Source of the DNA: an uncultured Actinomycetota bacterium | Lineage (GTDB): Bacteria; Actinomycetota; Actinomycetes; Actinomycetales; Demequinaceae | Assembly (NCBI GenBank): GCA_963768475.1 | Contig: CAVYHY010000004.1 | Coordinates: 374,400-438,399, forward strand | Length of the DNA: 64,000 nt | Direction of reading: 5' to 3' | In this document: piece by piece, positions 1 through 9,755 of the stretch | Numbering within the stretch: the first letter of the stretch is position 1 | Layout: every line of letters begins with the position of its first letter | The notes under the pieces: generated by a model | Seen by the model: only the letters and a program-made list of their open reading frames with translations | Told to the model about the DNA's origin: nothing | Databases searched by the model: none | Program-made: the position numbers and the translations under genes

Positions 1-480
1 GAGGGTCTCAGCCGAGTGGGCGGCCCTCATGTTCGGGGCGAGAATCAGGCCAGCCACGTGGGCGCGTGTCAAGAGGTGCTCGACGTGCGGCAAGATATCG
101 TCGGCATCGTAGGACGAGCCGCGGAGGACGACGGTGAGTCCGTGCTTGACGGCCTCCTGTTGGGCGCCTTCGATGACGCCCGGCCAGTAGTAGTCGAGGG
201 AGGGGACGAGCATCCCGATTCGGCCCGAACCGCCTCGCGCCGCGTCGCCGTTCGTCACCGTATCGGGCGTGCGTTCCTGAACCAGGACCGCGCCGCCGTG
301 AACACGCCGTACGACACCCTCGTTCTCGAGCTGGACGATGTCGCGGCGGATCGTGACGGCGGTGACCCCGGTGGCCTCTGTCAATTCGGAGACGCGAACC
401 GCGCCTTCCCTGCGCAGAACCTCCAGAATCGTTTCCCGCCTCGTCTCGCCGAGCGGCGATGTGCCCACTGATCCCCTCAT
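1..480 (-). CDS. DeoR-type HTH transcriptional regulator fused to a LacI/periplasmic-binding-protein-like sugar-sensor domain (3' end cut by window edge)
   Basis: Reverse-strand translation from ATG (complement of 478-480): MRGSVGTSPLGETRRETILEVLRREGAVRVSELTEATGVTAVTIRRDIVQLENEGVVRRVHGGAVL (DeoR HTH), then IGMLVPSLDYYWPGVIEGAQQEAVKHGLTVVL (PBP-type fold). Not in the supplied ORF track because it runs off the window. Divergent from the uronate locus. Confidence 0.8.
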   Translation of the reverse strand, partial: MRGSVGTSPLGETRRETILEVLRREGAVRVSELTEATGVTAVTIRRDIVQLENEGVVRRVHGGAVLVQERTPDTVTNGDAARGGSGRIGMLVPSLDYYWPGVIEGAQQEAVKHGLTVVLRGSSYDADDILPHVEHLLTRAHVAGLILAPNMRAAHSAETL

Positions 481-603
481 GTTCCGCCTCTCGATCGGTG
501 GCGACGCTTCGCGTTCGCCAATATTCGTCAATTCGTCAGCACCGGTCGCATTCGCGCAGTCGTCCCTGCCCGTAGGCGCTTCTCGTTGCCCATGGTCGAA
601 AGA

Positions 604-623
604 TGATCGTATCTGATCGAATA
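604..623. promoter_or_regulatory. Tandem 10-bp direct repeat TGATCGTATC/TGATCGAATA in the AT-rich core of the divergent regulator/DUF2264 intergenic region; candidate DeoR-type operator
   Basis: Read directly: tgatcgtatc tgatcgaata, 7/10 identical with 10-bp periodicity. It sits in the only AT-rich patch (about 600-670) of the 380-nt intergenic region. A TTGACA hexamer lies at 644-649. Confidence 0.2.
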
Positions 624-861
624 TAACACGTTCGCATCAAGTATTGACATAGACGATCACTATTGATTCTATGGGTACCGGTCGCGCGGTGCAGTGCCGC
701 ACCGCAGTGAGTGCGACCTTCACGAAACGGAGTAGCAGAGCCGTGGCCGATCTTCTTCGCGGAGCGCGTGTCCATGGCAACCCGTTGCGCGTTCTGATCG
801 CCGGAACCGGATCTGCGCCGGGTCTGCCGATCATGGCCATCACCCACGGGGATCGAGAGTC

Positions 862-2865
862 ATGAATGCGACCGCGCCCCCCCGAGTGTTGACACGCGAC
901 GACCTTCTCCACCACGCGACCGGCATCCTCGACGCCGCGATGGCTCGCGGCACAAACGGTAACTCTCACATCGCCTTCGAGGGTCCGGAGGGCGGCTACG
1001 GGACACGCGTCGACGGGCTCGAGGGGTTCGCCCGCACCCTCCTGCTCGCAGGCTTCATCCTGAAAGGCTCCGGAGGCGATCGGGGCCAGGAGGCCGCCGC
1101 GTGGTACTCCAAGGGCATCGAGACGGGAACGGACCCCAACTCGCCCGATCGTTGGACCGGGCTTGCCGAGCATCCGCAGGCGAAGGTTGAGGCCGCCTCG
1201 ATCGCCCTCATCCTCGACATGACGCGCCCGTGGATCTGGGACCAGTTCTCTGACGAGACTCGCCGCAATGTGGTCAACTACCTGAGTCCCGCAGTCGGAG
1301 ACCAGTCGTACCCGCGGATCAATTGGGTATGGTTCCGCCTCGTGGTCCAGACGTTCCTCAAGTCCGTCGGCGGTCCGTCCTCCAACGACGACATGACGGC
1401 GGATCTCGCGACGCACGACTCATTTGCCAGGGCAAACGGGTGGCTAGCGGACGGCGACGAGAGGTCGTTCGACCACTACACGGGGTGGGCCCTTCACCTC
1501 TATCCCACCCTGTGGGCACAGATGAAGGGAGCCGAGGATCTCGCGGCTGCGCGGGGGAGTGCCGATCGCGATCGCCTCGACCGATACCTCGACGACGCGC
1601 TCGCTCTTGTCGGCGCCGATGGCTCCCCGCTCCTCCAGGGGCGCAGCCTCGCCTACCGCTTCGCCGCCGCGGCGCCGTTCTGGGTCGGAGCCATGGCCGG
1701 AGTCCCGAACCACCGCCCCGGCGCGCTCCGCCACGCAGCGCTCGCGATCGTCGACCATTTCGCCGCCCACGGCGCTCCGGACGCCGACGGAGTTCTGTCC
1801 ATTGGCTGGCACGACCCATGGCCCAGGCTTGCGCAGGCGTACTCGGGTCCCGGGTCGCCCTACTGGGCGGGCAAGGGGATGCTCGGCCTGGCCCTCGAAG
1901 CCACGCATCCCGTTTGGACCGACGCTCCGGTGCCGCTTCCTGTCGCGAGTGGTGACGTATTGCGCGAGGTCGAAGCCCCAGGATGGATCATTTCGGGCAC
2001 GCGCGCCGACGGGATCGTGCGCGTCATCAACCATGGGACGGACCACGCGCGACCCGGCGATCTCCGCGCCGACTCCCCCCTGTACGCCAGGCTCGGATAC
2101 TCGACTTCCACCGCGCCTCTCCTCGACGAACGGAGCTGGAGGAGCCCGCTCGATCAGTCTGTTTGCCTCGTCGACACGAGAGGCGACGCGACGCACCGAT
2201 CCGGGATGGATGTCGTGGAGGTGCGCATCGACGGCCGCAGCGATGAGGCCGTGGGCGTCGCCACGTCCGAGTCGCGAATTCGGTGGGTTGAGCCCGACGA
2301 CGTCCAGGAGAACCACGGTTCCGGATTCACCGGACGCGTCGTCGACGCGGGATCTCTCACCGTCCTGTCGCTCGTGCGCGGAGCGTTCGAGGTGCGTCTC
2401 GCACGCCTGAGCGATCTGACAGATGAGGCACGCGAGCGCAGTGTCGGCCTCAGGATCTCGGGCTGGCCTCTCGCCAATGATGTCCCGGTCGTGGCGAGCG
2501 TCGTCGAGGGGGGGCTCCCGATTGCCGTCGCGTCCACGGCGCGGCTCGCATCCCGCGTGTACGCGTCGAACCCTGCGGCGACGCCCCGGATCAGCTCCGT
2601 CTTCGACGCGAGCCCTCTCGGGGGCATCGCGGTCGTGCCGTGGGTCCTCGAACCGGTGCGTGAGGGGACGTGGACGTACGCCATGGTCGAACTCTCTGGT
2701 GTCGCCCTCGCAGGCACCTCCGGGCGCGACGTCCCGGGGGTGGCGACGTTCGACGCCAAGGCCGAGGGCCACGAGGTTGTGGTGACCTGGCCGGACGGCG
2801 TATGTACGGTCACCCCATTCACACAGAGTTTCCCAACCGCGTACACGCGCGGGATCGGGGAATAA
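862..2865 (+). CDS. DUF2264 domain-containing protein (cytoplasmic, no signal peptide)
   Basis: 667-aa ORF. The N-terminal region (GLEGFARTLLLAGF, RWTGLAEHPQAKVEAASIAL, YPRINWVWFRLVV, FDHYTGWALHLYP) matches my memory of the DUF2264 family. First gene of the uronate locus. Confidence 0.7.
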   Translation: MNATAPPRVLTRDDLLHHATGILDAAMARGTNGNSHIAFEGPEGGYGTRVDGLEGFARTLLLAGFILKGSGGDRGQEAAAWYSKGIETGTDPNSPDRWTGLAEHPQAKVEAASIALILDMTRPWIWDQFSDETRRNVVNYLSPAVGDQSYPRINWVWFRLVVQTFLKSVGGPSSNDDMTADLATHDSFARANGWLADGDERSFDHYTGWALHLYPTLWAQMKGAEDLAAARGSADRDRLDRYLDDALALVGADGSPLLQGRSLAYRFAAAAPFWVGAMAGVPNHRPGALRHAALAIVDHFAAHGAPDADGVLSIGWHDPWPRLAQAYSGPGSPYWAGKGMLGLALEATHPVWTDAPVPLPVASGDVLREVEAPGWIISGTRADGIVRVINHGTDHARPGDLRADSPLYARLGYSTSTAPLLDERSWRSPLDQSVCLVDTRGDATHRSGMDVVEVRIDGRSDEAVGVATSESRIRWVEPDDVQENHGSGFTGRVVDAGSLTVLSLVRGAFEVRLARLSDLTDEARERSVGLRISGWPLANDVPVVASVVEGGLPIAVASTARLASRVYASNPAATPRISSVFDASPLGGIAVVPWVLEPVREGTWTYAMVELSGVALAGTSGRDVPGVATFDAKAEGHEVVVTWPDGVCTVTPFTQSFPTAYTRGIGE

Positions 2866-2906
2866 GCGGTCCGCGCGAACGGACCACCACAGCAGGAGGA
2901 GATGTC

Positions 2907-4211
2907 ATGAAGCACACAATGAAGTGGGGCGTCAGCCTAGCGGCTGTTGCGTCTCTGGCTCTGGCGGGTTGCTCAGACAACCCGTCGAGCAGTCCTACGG
3001 CGTCGGATACGACGGTGCAGGAGCCCGTAACTTTGACAATGGCGGCTTGGTTGCTCGACTCGACGCCAGAGTTCAAGACGCTCACGGACGCGTTCCACGC
3101 GGCCAACCCCAACATCACGATCGATCTGATCGAGTACACCGCCGGTAACGACTACGACACGCAGATGATCGCGGACCTTGCCGCAGGATCGGCGCCGGAC
3201 CTCTACATCCTCAAGAACCTGAAGAACTTCTTCACCTACGAGGATGGCGGTCAGTTGCTGGACGTCTCGGACGTCGCGGCGGGCTTGGATAGCAACACGA
3301 GCGGACTGTCGAACTACCAGGTTGATGGCAAGTCCTACGCGGTTCCGTACCGCCAGGACTCCTGGTACCTGTACTACGACAAGGACCTCTTCGACCAGGC
3401 CGGAGTGGACTACCCGGACGGGTCGTGGACGTGGGACGACTACCAGGTCGCTGCGGACGCTCTCTCGGCGGGCCTGCCTGCCTCCGACGTCTACGGGACC
3501 TACCAGCACGGGTGGCAGTCGATCATCCAGGGGTTCGCGAACGCGCAGACCCCCGGCGCCGACATCCTGTCTGGCGACTTCGGATATATGAAGCCGTACT
3601 ACGACCGGGCCTTGCAGATGCAGGCGTCCGGCGCTCAGATCGACTTCAACACTCGGGCCACTGCCTCGCTCACCTACCAGAGCCAGTTCGGCACGCAGAA
3701 GGCCGCGATGCTGATCATGGGTAGTTGGTACGTTGCCGCCTACCTGGATCAGGTCAGCAAGGGCGACGCGACGCAGTTCAACTGGGGCATCGCGCCCGTT
3801 CCGCAGCGGGACTCGAGCACGACGAGCGACCCGGTGACCTTCGGAGACCCGACGGCGATCGGCATCAACCCTGCGATCGACGCGAACAAGGTCGACGCTG
3901 CTAAGAAGTTCCTGGCGTACATTGGCGGCCAGGATGCGGCAATCGCCCTCGCGGGCATCGGCATCACGCCGTCGTATGCCTCGGACGCGGTCACGGCCGC
4001 GTACTTCGCGGGCGATGGGGTACCGACCGACGACCTGTCGAAGTTCGCGTTCGGGAACCACGACACGAAGGCGGAGAACCCTGTCTCTGCCACCACCGCT
4101 CAAGTCCAGGGCATCCTGGGTGACATGCACTCGGCGATCATGTCCGGTACCGCGTCGGTCGACGACGCGATTGCCGAAGCCGAAGCGCGTTTCAAGAGCG
4201 AAGTCAGCTAG
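2907..4211 (+). CDS. Sugar ABC transporter substrate-binding lipoprotein (family 1 solute-binding protein)
   Basis: Start moved to ATG 2907 (MKHTMKWGVSLAAVASLALAGCSD: signal peptide plus lipobox LAGC), with RBS aggagga at 2894-2900. Typical SBP_bac_1 composition. Confidence 0.9.
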   Translation: MKHTMKWGVSLAAVASLALAGCSDNPSSSPTASDTTVQEPVTLTMAAWLLDSTPEFKTLTDAFHAANPNITIDLIEYTAGNDYDTQMIADLAAGSAPDLYILKNLKNFFTYEDGGQLLDVSDVAAGLDSNTSGLSNYQVDGKSYAVPYRQDSWYLYYDKDLFDQAGVDYPDGSWTWDDYQVAADALSAGLPASDVYGTYQHGWQSIIQGFANAQTPGADILSGDFGYMKPYYDRALQMQASGAQIDFNTRATASLTYQSQFGTQKAAMLIMGSWYVAAYLDQVSKGDATQFNWGIAPVPQRDSSTTSDPVTFGDPTAIGINPAIDANKVDAAKKFLAYIGGQDAAIALAGIGITPSYASDAVTAAYFAGDGVPTDDLSKFAFGNHDTKAENPVSATTAQVQGILGDMHSAIMSGTASVDDAIAEAEARFKSEVS

Positions 4212-4219
4212 CAAAGATA

Positions 4220-4282
4220 CGGAGGGGCTCCGTACCCTCCGCTGCAGGGCTTGGTGCGCAGCGTCACCGCTGCGCACCAAGC
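4220..4282 (+). promoter_or_regulatory. Two intercistronic stem-loops between the SBP and permease genes
   Basis: Hairpin 1: cggaggg(4220-4226)/ccctccg(4235-4241). Hairpin 2: perfect 13-bp stem gcttggtgcgcag(4249-4261)/ctgcgcaccaagc(4270-4282) with an 8-nt loop. No U-tract follows. Confidence 0.5.
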
Positions 4283-4307
4283 CTCGCGCAAACGTCAGGA
4301 GAGACCG

Positions 4308-5228
4308 ATGGCGATGACGGTCGCGCCCACCAAGGCGCCGAAGAACAGTGCGAAGGCGCTGAAGCGTAAGACCATCTTTCAGGGCTGGATGTTCATCCTT
4401 CCCAATTTCATCGGATTCTCGGTCCTTACCCTCGTTCCCGTCCTGATCCTCTTCTACATGGCGTTCACGAAGTGGAACATCTTCGGCGGATCAGAGTGGA
4501 TCGGTCTTGACAACTTCTCGCGACTCGTCGACGACAAGAGTTTTCGCAAGGCCCTGTTGAACACCCTGTACTACACGGCGCTGCACGTGCCCCTCACGCT
4601 GGCAATTTCACTCGGCCTAGCGTTGCTGCTCAACACCAAGCTCCGCGCGCTCGCGTTCTTCCGTACCGCCGCCTTCTTTCCATACATCACGTCGATCGTC
4701 GCCGTCGCGGTCGTGTGGAACATGCTTTTCAGCCCGGACAAGGGCGTGATCAACCAGGCGCTCATGGCTATCGGTGTGGACAATCCACCCGGCTGGACGA
4801 CGTCGGCAACGTGGTCCATGCCCGCCGTGATTATCGTCGGAACGTGGCGCGAGGCGGGGTACTACATGCTGTTATTCCTCGCCGGCCTCCAAACTGTTCC
4901 CAAAGAGTTGCACGAGGCGGCGCGCACAGACGGAGCGAACGTCTGGCAGAGATTCCTTCACGTCACGCTTCCCGTCCTCCGCCCCACCACGTACTTCATC
5001 ACGATCATCCTGACGATTCAAAGCCTTAAAGTGTTCGACCTCGTCCTGGTGATGACAGGAGGAGGGCCAGGGCAGTCGACGCTTGTCCTGTCCCAGTTCA
5101 TCTACAACAAGGGGTTCATCGACAACCGATTCGGGTACGGGTCGGCGGCGGCCATCGTGCTGTTCATACTCGCCGTCGGCATCACGATCCTCCAATACCT
5201 GTTCAACAAGCGGAGCGAGGAGAAATGA
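4308..5228 (+). CDS. Sugar ABC transporter permease (MalF/UgpA-like)
   Basis: Start at ATG 4308 (MAMTVAPTK). Multi-TM protein with an EAA-type loop (LHEAARTDGANVWQRFLHVTLPVLRP). Confidence 0.9.
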   Translation: MAMTVAPTKAPKNSAKALKRKTIFQGWMFILPNFIGFSVLTLVPVLILFYMAFTKWNIFGGSEWIGLDNFSRLVDDKSFRKALLNTLYYTALHVPLTLAISLGLALLLNTKLRALAFFRTAAFFPYITSIVAVAVVWNMLFSPDKGVINQALMAIGVDNPPGWTTSATWSMPAVIIVGTWREAGYYMLLFLAGLQTVPKELHEAARTDGANVWQRFLHVTLPVLRPTTYFITIILTIQSLKVFDLVLVMTGGGPGQSTLVLSQFIYNKGFIDNRFGYGSAAAIVLFILAVGITILQYLFNKRSEEK

Positions 5229-6115
5229 ACGCCACATCAGCTCCGCAACCGTCGTCGACGCCGCGCATCGGTCCTCGAAAGCGGAGGCACAAGCCCTCGC
5301 ACTACGCGCTTCGCGGCCTCGGCTACGCGGCACTCTTCGCCGCGGCGATCCCGATCTTCCTCCCCTTCGTCTGGATGGTGGTGTCGTCGCTGAAGCGCAC
5401 CAACGACGTCTTCACCATTCCGGTCTCGTGGATCCCGGATCCCGTGGTCTGGAACAACTACGTGGAGATCTTCGCGAAAGCGGACATGGTGACGTGGATC
5501 CGGAACACGCTTCTTCTCTCCGTTGTCGTGACCGTCCTCCAGGTTCTCACCGGGAGTTTCGCGGCCTACGGGTTCTCGAAGGGACGCTTCCCCGGTCGGA
5601 GGGTCCTGTTCCTTGTGTACATCGGTACGATCGCCGTTCCGTGGCAGGCGTACATGATCCCGCAGTTCATCCTGTTCTCGAAGTTCCACCTCTCGAACAC
5701 TCTGTGGTCGATCGTCGCGTTGCAGGCGTTCGGCGCATTCGGTGTGTTTCTGATGAAGCAGTTCTTCGACTCGATCCCCGATGCGCTGATCGAAGCCGCG
5801 CGCATTGACGGCCTTTCGGAGATCGGCATCTACCGGCGCATCATGCTTCCACTATCGATTCCCGCCGTCGCGAGCCTCGGACTGCTGATGTTCACCACGA
5901 CATGGAATGACTACCTTGGCCCGCTCCTGTATCTACGGAATCCGAATATCTGGACCATTCAGGTGGGACTCCAGTCGTTCGTCGGCCAATACAACACCGA
6001 ATTCGGGCTCATCATGGCGGGCGCCGTGCTGTCCGTCCTCCCGGTCGCGATCATCTTCGCGCTGGGCCAGCGGTACTTCATCGAGGGAATTGCCTCTACC
6101 GGAGTAAAGGGGTAG
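5225..6115 (+). CDS. Sugar ABC transporter permease (MalG/UgpE-like)
   Basis: 296-aa ORF whose start overlaps the previous stop (ATGA). EAA loop LIEAARIDGLSEIGIYRRIMLPLSIP. Confidence 0.9.
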   Translation: MNATSAPQPSSTPRIGPRKRRHKPSHYALRGLGYAALFAAAIPIFLPFVWMVVSSLKRTNDVFTIPVSWIPDPVVWNNYVEIFAKADMVTWIRNTLLLSVVVTVLQVLTGSFAAYGFSKGRFPGRRVLFLVYIGTIAVPWQAYMIPQFILFSKFHLSNTLWSIVALQAFGAFGVFLMKQFFDSIPDALIEAARIDGLSEIGIYRRIMLPLSIPAVASLGLLMFTTTWNDYLGPLLYLRNPNIWTIQVGLQSFVGQYNTEFGLIMAGAVLSVLPVAIIFALGQRYFIEGIASTGVKG

Positions 6116-6119
6116 GCCG

Positions 6120-6800
6120 GTGCGCGGTTTCTACAAGGCGTACACGAACATCGGCGGCGCTATCTACGTCGCCCTGGTGTCGAACGTGTTCCTGGTCATC
6201 ACGAATCTCCCGTTGCTCGCGCTCTTCGTCGTGACGGACGTTCGCGTGACCTGGCTCCCGGTCGTGGCGCTCACCCCGCTGCTCGCGATCTCGGTAACCG
6301 CGGTGTTCTCGGTATTTGAGGCACACGCGGTCGAGGGCTCCTTCGCCGTCGTCCGGAGCCTTCTTCGGGCGTGGCGAACTCACGCGCGTCGCGCGGGTGC
6401 GGCGGGAGCAGTCGCGGCCGTCGGAACTTTCGTCCTCGCCGTAGACGTCACTGCCGTCTGGGGCAAGCCCATTGGCGCGACCGCCATTCCCCTGTTCGCC
6501 ACGTTCGAGGCTCTTCTCGTAGCGACGACGCTGCACGTCCTCGCGGGCATCGTGCTCGGTATCGAGGCCCGAGGCGCCGTCGCCCTGTGGAAGGCGTGCC
6601 TCTACTACGCCGTCCGACGGTGGTATCTCACAGTGATGTCGCTGTTCGCCCTTCTTCTTCTTCTTTCCTTCGTCTATGCGATGCCTGCCTGGGGCGCGGG
6701 GCTCGCGGCGAGCCCGATCCTGTACCTCGCCTGGACGAACAGCAGGCAGGCGCTCCTGCCGATCGCGAGTGCATCAGAGCGGATGGTGGTGAACGCGTGA
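6120..6800 (+). CDS. DUF624 (YesL-like) integral membrane protein
   Basis: GTG start. MRGFYKAYTNIGGAIYVALVSNVFLVITNLPLL is the typical YesL/DUF624 N-terminus. Usual position after sugar ABC permeases. Confidence 0.75.
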   Translation: MRGFYKAYTNIGGAIYVALVSNVFLVITNLPLLALFVVTDVRVTWLPVVALTPLLAISVTAVFSVFEAHAVEGSFAVVRSLLRAWRTHARRAGAAGAVAAVGTFVLAVDVTAVWGKPIGATAIPLFATFEALLVATTLHVLAGIVLGIEARGAVALWKACLYYAVRRWYLTVMSLFALLLLLSFVYAMPAWGAGLAASPILYLAWTNSRQALLPIASASERMVVNA

Positions 6801-7996
6801 GCGAGAGTCCGTCCACAGATCGCGATGCCCGTGCGGTCGCGCCAGGAAGCATTGAGGGGGCGCTCGGCGACGCCCTCACGACTATCGGCTCGAATATGAG
6901 CGTATTCGCGACGAGCTTTCCGGAAGACACGACCGTCGACGGAACGTACCCCCTTCGAACGCGGGAGGGATCGCCCGACGGCGCGAACATCGGGTGGACG
7001 ACGAGTTTCTGGCCGGGGATGCTGTGGCTAGCTTTCGACGTGACACGCGAGGAGCAATACAAGGCGGCCGCGCGACGCTTCGTGCCCAATTTCGTCAACC
7101 GGCTCGACGATCAGGTGGATCTCGAGACACACGACCTCGGCTTCCTCTACACGCTTGGTTGCGTCGCAGCGTGGCGCCTGACGGGCGACGAGGAGGCTCG
7201 CGCCGCAGCGCTCCGCGCGGCGGACCACCTCATGACCCGATTCCTCGAGCCCGCAGGCATCATTCAGGCGTGGGGCGATCTGACGAACCCGGAGCAGCGT
7301 GGCCGAACGATCATCGACAGCGTCATGAACACGCCGCTGCTCTACTGGGCGTCGGTGGAGACGGGCGACGGGCGATACGCGGCGGCGGCAGGCCGGCACA
7401 CCGCGCAGGTCCGCGACCGCATGGTACGCACCGAGGGCTCGACGTTCCACACGTACTACTGGAACCCGGAGACGGGCGAGCCGATCCGGGGGGCGACGGA
7501 GCAGGGGCACTCCGACGACTCGTGCTGGGCGCGCGGGCAGGCGTGGGGCATCTACGGATTTGCGATCAACTTCCGGCTCTCCGGCGACGCCACGTTGCTC
7601 GACGCGTCTCGGCGGTGCGCCGATTACTTCTTGCGCCACCTGCCCGCCGACAGGGTCCCGTACTGGGACCTTGCGCTCGCGCCGGGAGCGGGCGAGCCGC
7701 GCGACAGTTCCGCCGCCGCGATCGCGGCGACGGGTCTCACGGAGTTGGCGGAGGCGCTCGGCGACTCCGAACCCGAGCTCGCCGCGCGGTATCACCGCGA
7801 GGCCTCGGCGATTCTCGTCGCCCTGGCGACGGACTACGCGACCGGCGGCGCACTCGGAGGGAAGCCGCTGATTGAGCGTGGCGTCTACGACGCACCGAAG
7901 AACGTCGGCGTTGACGAAGGCAACCTTTGGGGGGACTACTTCTACCTCGAGTCGCTCGTCCGCATGGTGCATCCCGAATGGGTGTCGCCGTGGTAG
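6797..7996 (+). CDS. GH88-like unsaturated glucuronyl hydrolase
   Basis: GTG 6797 overlaps the upstream stop (GTGA). Motifs WTTSFWPGMLWLA, HDLGFLY, IIDSVMNTPLLYWA, DDSCWARGQAWGIYGF and DSSAAAIAATGL are characteristic of the GH88 family. Confidence 0.85.
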   Translation: MSESPSTDRDARAVAPGSIEGALGDALTTIGSNMSVFATSFPEDTTVDGTYPLRTREGSPDGANIGWTTSFWPGMLWLAFDVTREEQYKAAARRFVPNFVNRLDDQVDLETHDLGFLYTLGCVAAWRLTGDEEARAAALRAADHLMTRFLEPAGIIQAWGDLTNPEQRGRTIIDSVMNTPLLYWASVETGDGRYAAAAGRHTAQVRDRMVRTEGSTFHTYYWNPETGEPIRGATEQGHSDDSCWARGQAWGIYGFAINFRLSGDATLLDASRRCADYFLRHLPADRVPYWDLALAPGAGEPRDSSAAAIAATGLTELAEALGDSEPELAARYHREASAILVALATDYATGGALGGKPLIERGVYDAPKNVGVDEGNLWGDYFYLESLVRMVHPEWVSPW

Positions 7997-8021
7997 GCCC
8001 ACGGGAGTTAGGCGGGCAGCG

Positions 8022-8894
8022 ATGCGCCTGGTGACCTTCGACCATGGCTCAGGCGACCGCGTGGGAGCGTTGGTGGACGACGGCTCGGGCATCGTCGACC
8101 TTGTCGCCGCCGATCCCGACCTTCCGGGCACGGTCATCGGCCTCCTTCGCGGCGGCCCGGAGGTACTCGCGCGCGCCGCGGCGACCGCGAGGGCCGCGGA
8201 CCCCCGCGTCCTGCTTGCGCGTTCCGACGTCCGACTCCGCGCCCCGATTCCTGTCCCCGGCAAGATCGTGTGCATCGGCTACAACTATCGGGGCCACGGC
8301 GTCGACGACGGCTCGGACGTCCCCGAGTACCCTGACGTCTTCGCCAAGACGCAGAACACGATCGTCGGCCCGGACGACGCCGTGCGGCTACCGCGAATAT
8401 CGCAGGCTATCGACTACGAGGGTGAGCTTGGCGTGGTGATCGGCCGAACGGCGTCGGCCGTTTCGGAGACCCAGGCGCTCGACTACGTCGCGGGGTACAC
8501 GGTCTTCAACGACGTCAGCGCGCGCGACGTTCAGCAGCGCGGCAGCCAGTGGGTGCTCGGGAAGTCGTTCGACACCTTCGGCCCGATGGGACCTGCGCTC
8601 GTCACGGCCGACGAGATTCCGGACCCGCAGGCACTCGAGATCACCGTCCGTTCCCATGACACCGTCACCGTCCGCTCCACGACGGCAGACATGATCTTCT
8701 CTGTTGCCTTCCTTGTGTCCTACCTCAGCACGGTTATGACGCTCGAACCCGGCGACGTCATTGCGACGGGAACGCCCGGCAAGATTCCGGAGATCGGTGC
8801 GCTCGGGCGCTTCATGCAGGCGGGAGACACTGTGTCGGTAACGTACGGCGCCGTCGGTACGCTCACGAGCCGCGTCGAAGGCCCCACGGGATGA
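8022..8894 (+). CDS. Fumarylacetoacetate hydrolase (FAH) family protein
   Basis: Start at ATG 8022 (MRLVTFDHG). Motifs GKIVCIGYNY, IDYEGELGVVIGR, GYTVFNDVSARD, GKSFDTFGPMGP and LEPGDVIATGTPG. Confidence 0.85.
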   Translation: MRLVTFDHGSGDRVGALVDDGSGIVDLVAADPDLPGTVIGLLRGGPEVLARAAATARAADPRVLLARSDVRLRAPIPVPGKIVCIGYNYRGHGVDDGSDVPEYPDVFAKTQNTIVGPDDAVRLPRISQAIDYEGELGVVIGRTASAVSETQALDYVAGYTVFNDVSARDVQQRGSQWVLGKSFDTFGPMGPALVTADEIPDPQALEITVRSHDTVTVRSTTADMIFSVAFLVSYLSTVMTLEPGDVIATGTPGKIPEIGALGRFMQAGDTVSVTYGAVGTLTSRVEGPTG

Positions 8895-8928
8895 CGACTC
8901 AATCCGCACCACCGAGGAAAGGATCACC

Positions 8929-9747
8929 ATGAAGAACCACCTGTATCTGCCTGCCGAGGAGGGCGTCAACGCGCTCCCGTTCAACCCGTGCGAACTGCTC
9001 GACTTTCAGACGGTGCGCCTTGCGGCAGGGAAGAAGCACACGGGCAGCTCTGGCGATCGTGAAATCCTCGCCGTCGTCCTCGGAGGCGTCGCCGACGTCA
9101 CCGTGGGTTCGGCGTCGTTCGAGAAGGTGGGCGGCCGCCCCAACGTTTTCTCCGGAAAACCCCACTCGGTCTACATCCCCGCGGGCCACGACTACACGAT
9201 CACCGCGCGCACGGCACTTGAGGTAGCCATGCCGTCGGCACCGTCCGACCTCGAAACCGAGCCGTACGTGATTCGGCCCGACCAGGTCGCCGGTGGGCGA
9301 TGGGGCGCCGCGAACTTCTCGCGGAACTTTCACCAGATCCTCACGGAGGTTGCCCAGCCCGATCTGCCGGCACGCCGCCTTATCGTCGGGGAGACGTACA
9401 CGCCGTCGGGCAACTGGTCGACCTACCCCCCTCACCGCCACGCGAATGACAACCTGCCCGTCGAGGCGAAGCACGAAGAGATGTACTACTTCCGCGTGAA
9501 CCCCGGCGACGGCTTCGGCATCTGCCGCATGTACACGGACGAGGGCTTCGAGGAGAACTTCACCGTCCGCGAACACGGCATGCACATGATGCCGTCCGGC
9601 TACCACACGGTCGTGAGCGCGCCCGGGTACACCACGTACTACCTGTGGTTCCTCGCCGGAGAACAGCGCACTCAGGGGGCGATCGACGACGCCAACGTTG
9701 GCTGGGTGAATCGCACCGTCTCGATGCTGCGCGACCTCGGACACTAG
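8929..9747 (+). CDS. KduI/IolB-family cupin isomerase (IolB-like 5-deoxy-glucuronate isomerase type)
   Basis: GNWSTYPPHRHANDNLPVEAKHEEMYYF, then PSGYHTVVSAPGYTTYYLWFLAG. This closely resembles the B. subtilis IolB motifs as I remember them, not E. coli KduI. Confidence 0.8.
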   Translation: MKNHLYLPAEEGVNALPFNPCELLDFQTVRLAAGKKHTGSSGDREILAVVLGGVADVTVGSASFEKVGGRPNVFSGKPHSVYIPAGHDYTITARTALEVAMPSAPSDLETEPYVIRPDQVAGGRWGAANFSRNFHQILTEVAQPDLPARRLIVGETYTPSGNWSTYPPHRHANDNLPVEAKHEEMYYFRVNPGDGFGICRMYTDEGFEENFTVREHGMHMMPSGYHTVVSAPGYTTYYLWFLAGEQRTQGAIDDANVGWVNRTVSMLRDLGH

Positions 9748-9755
9748 GGGGCGCC

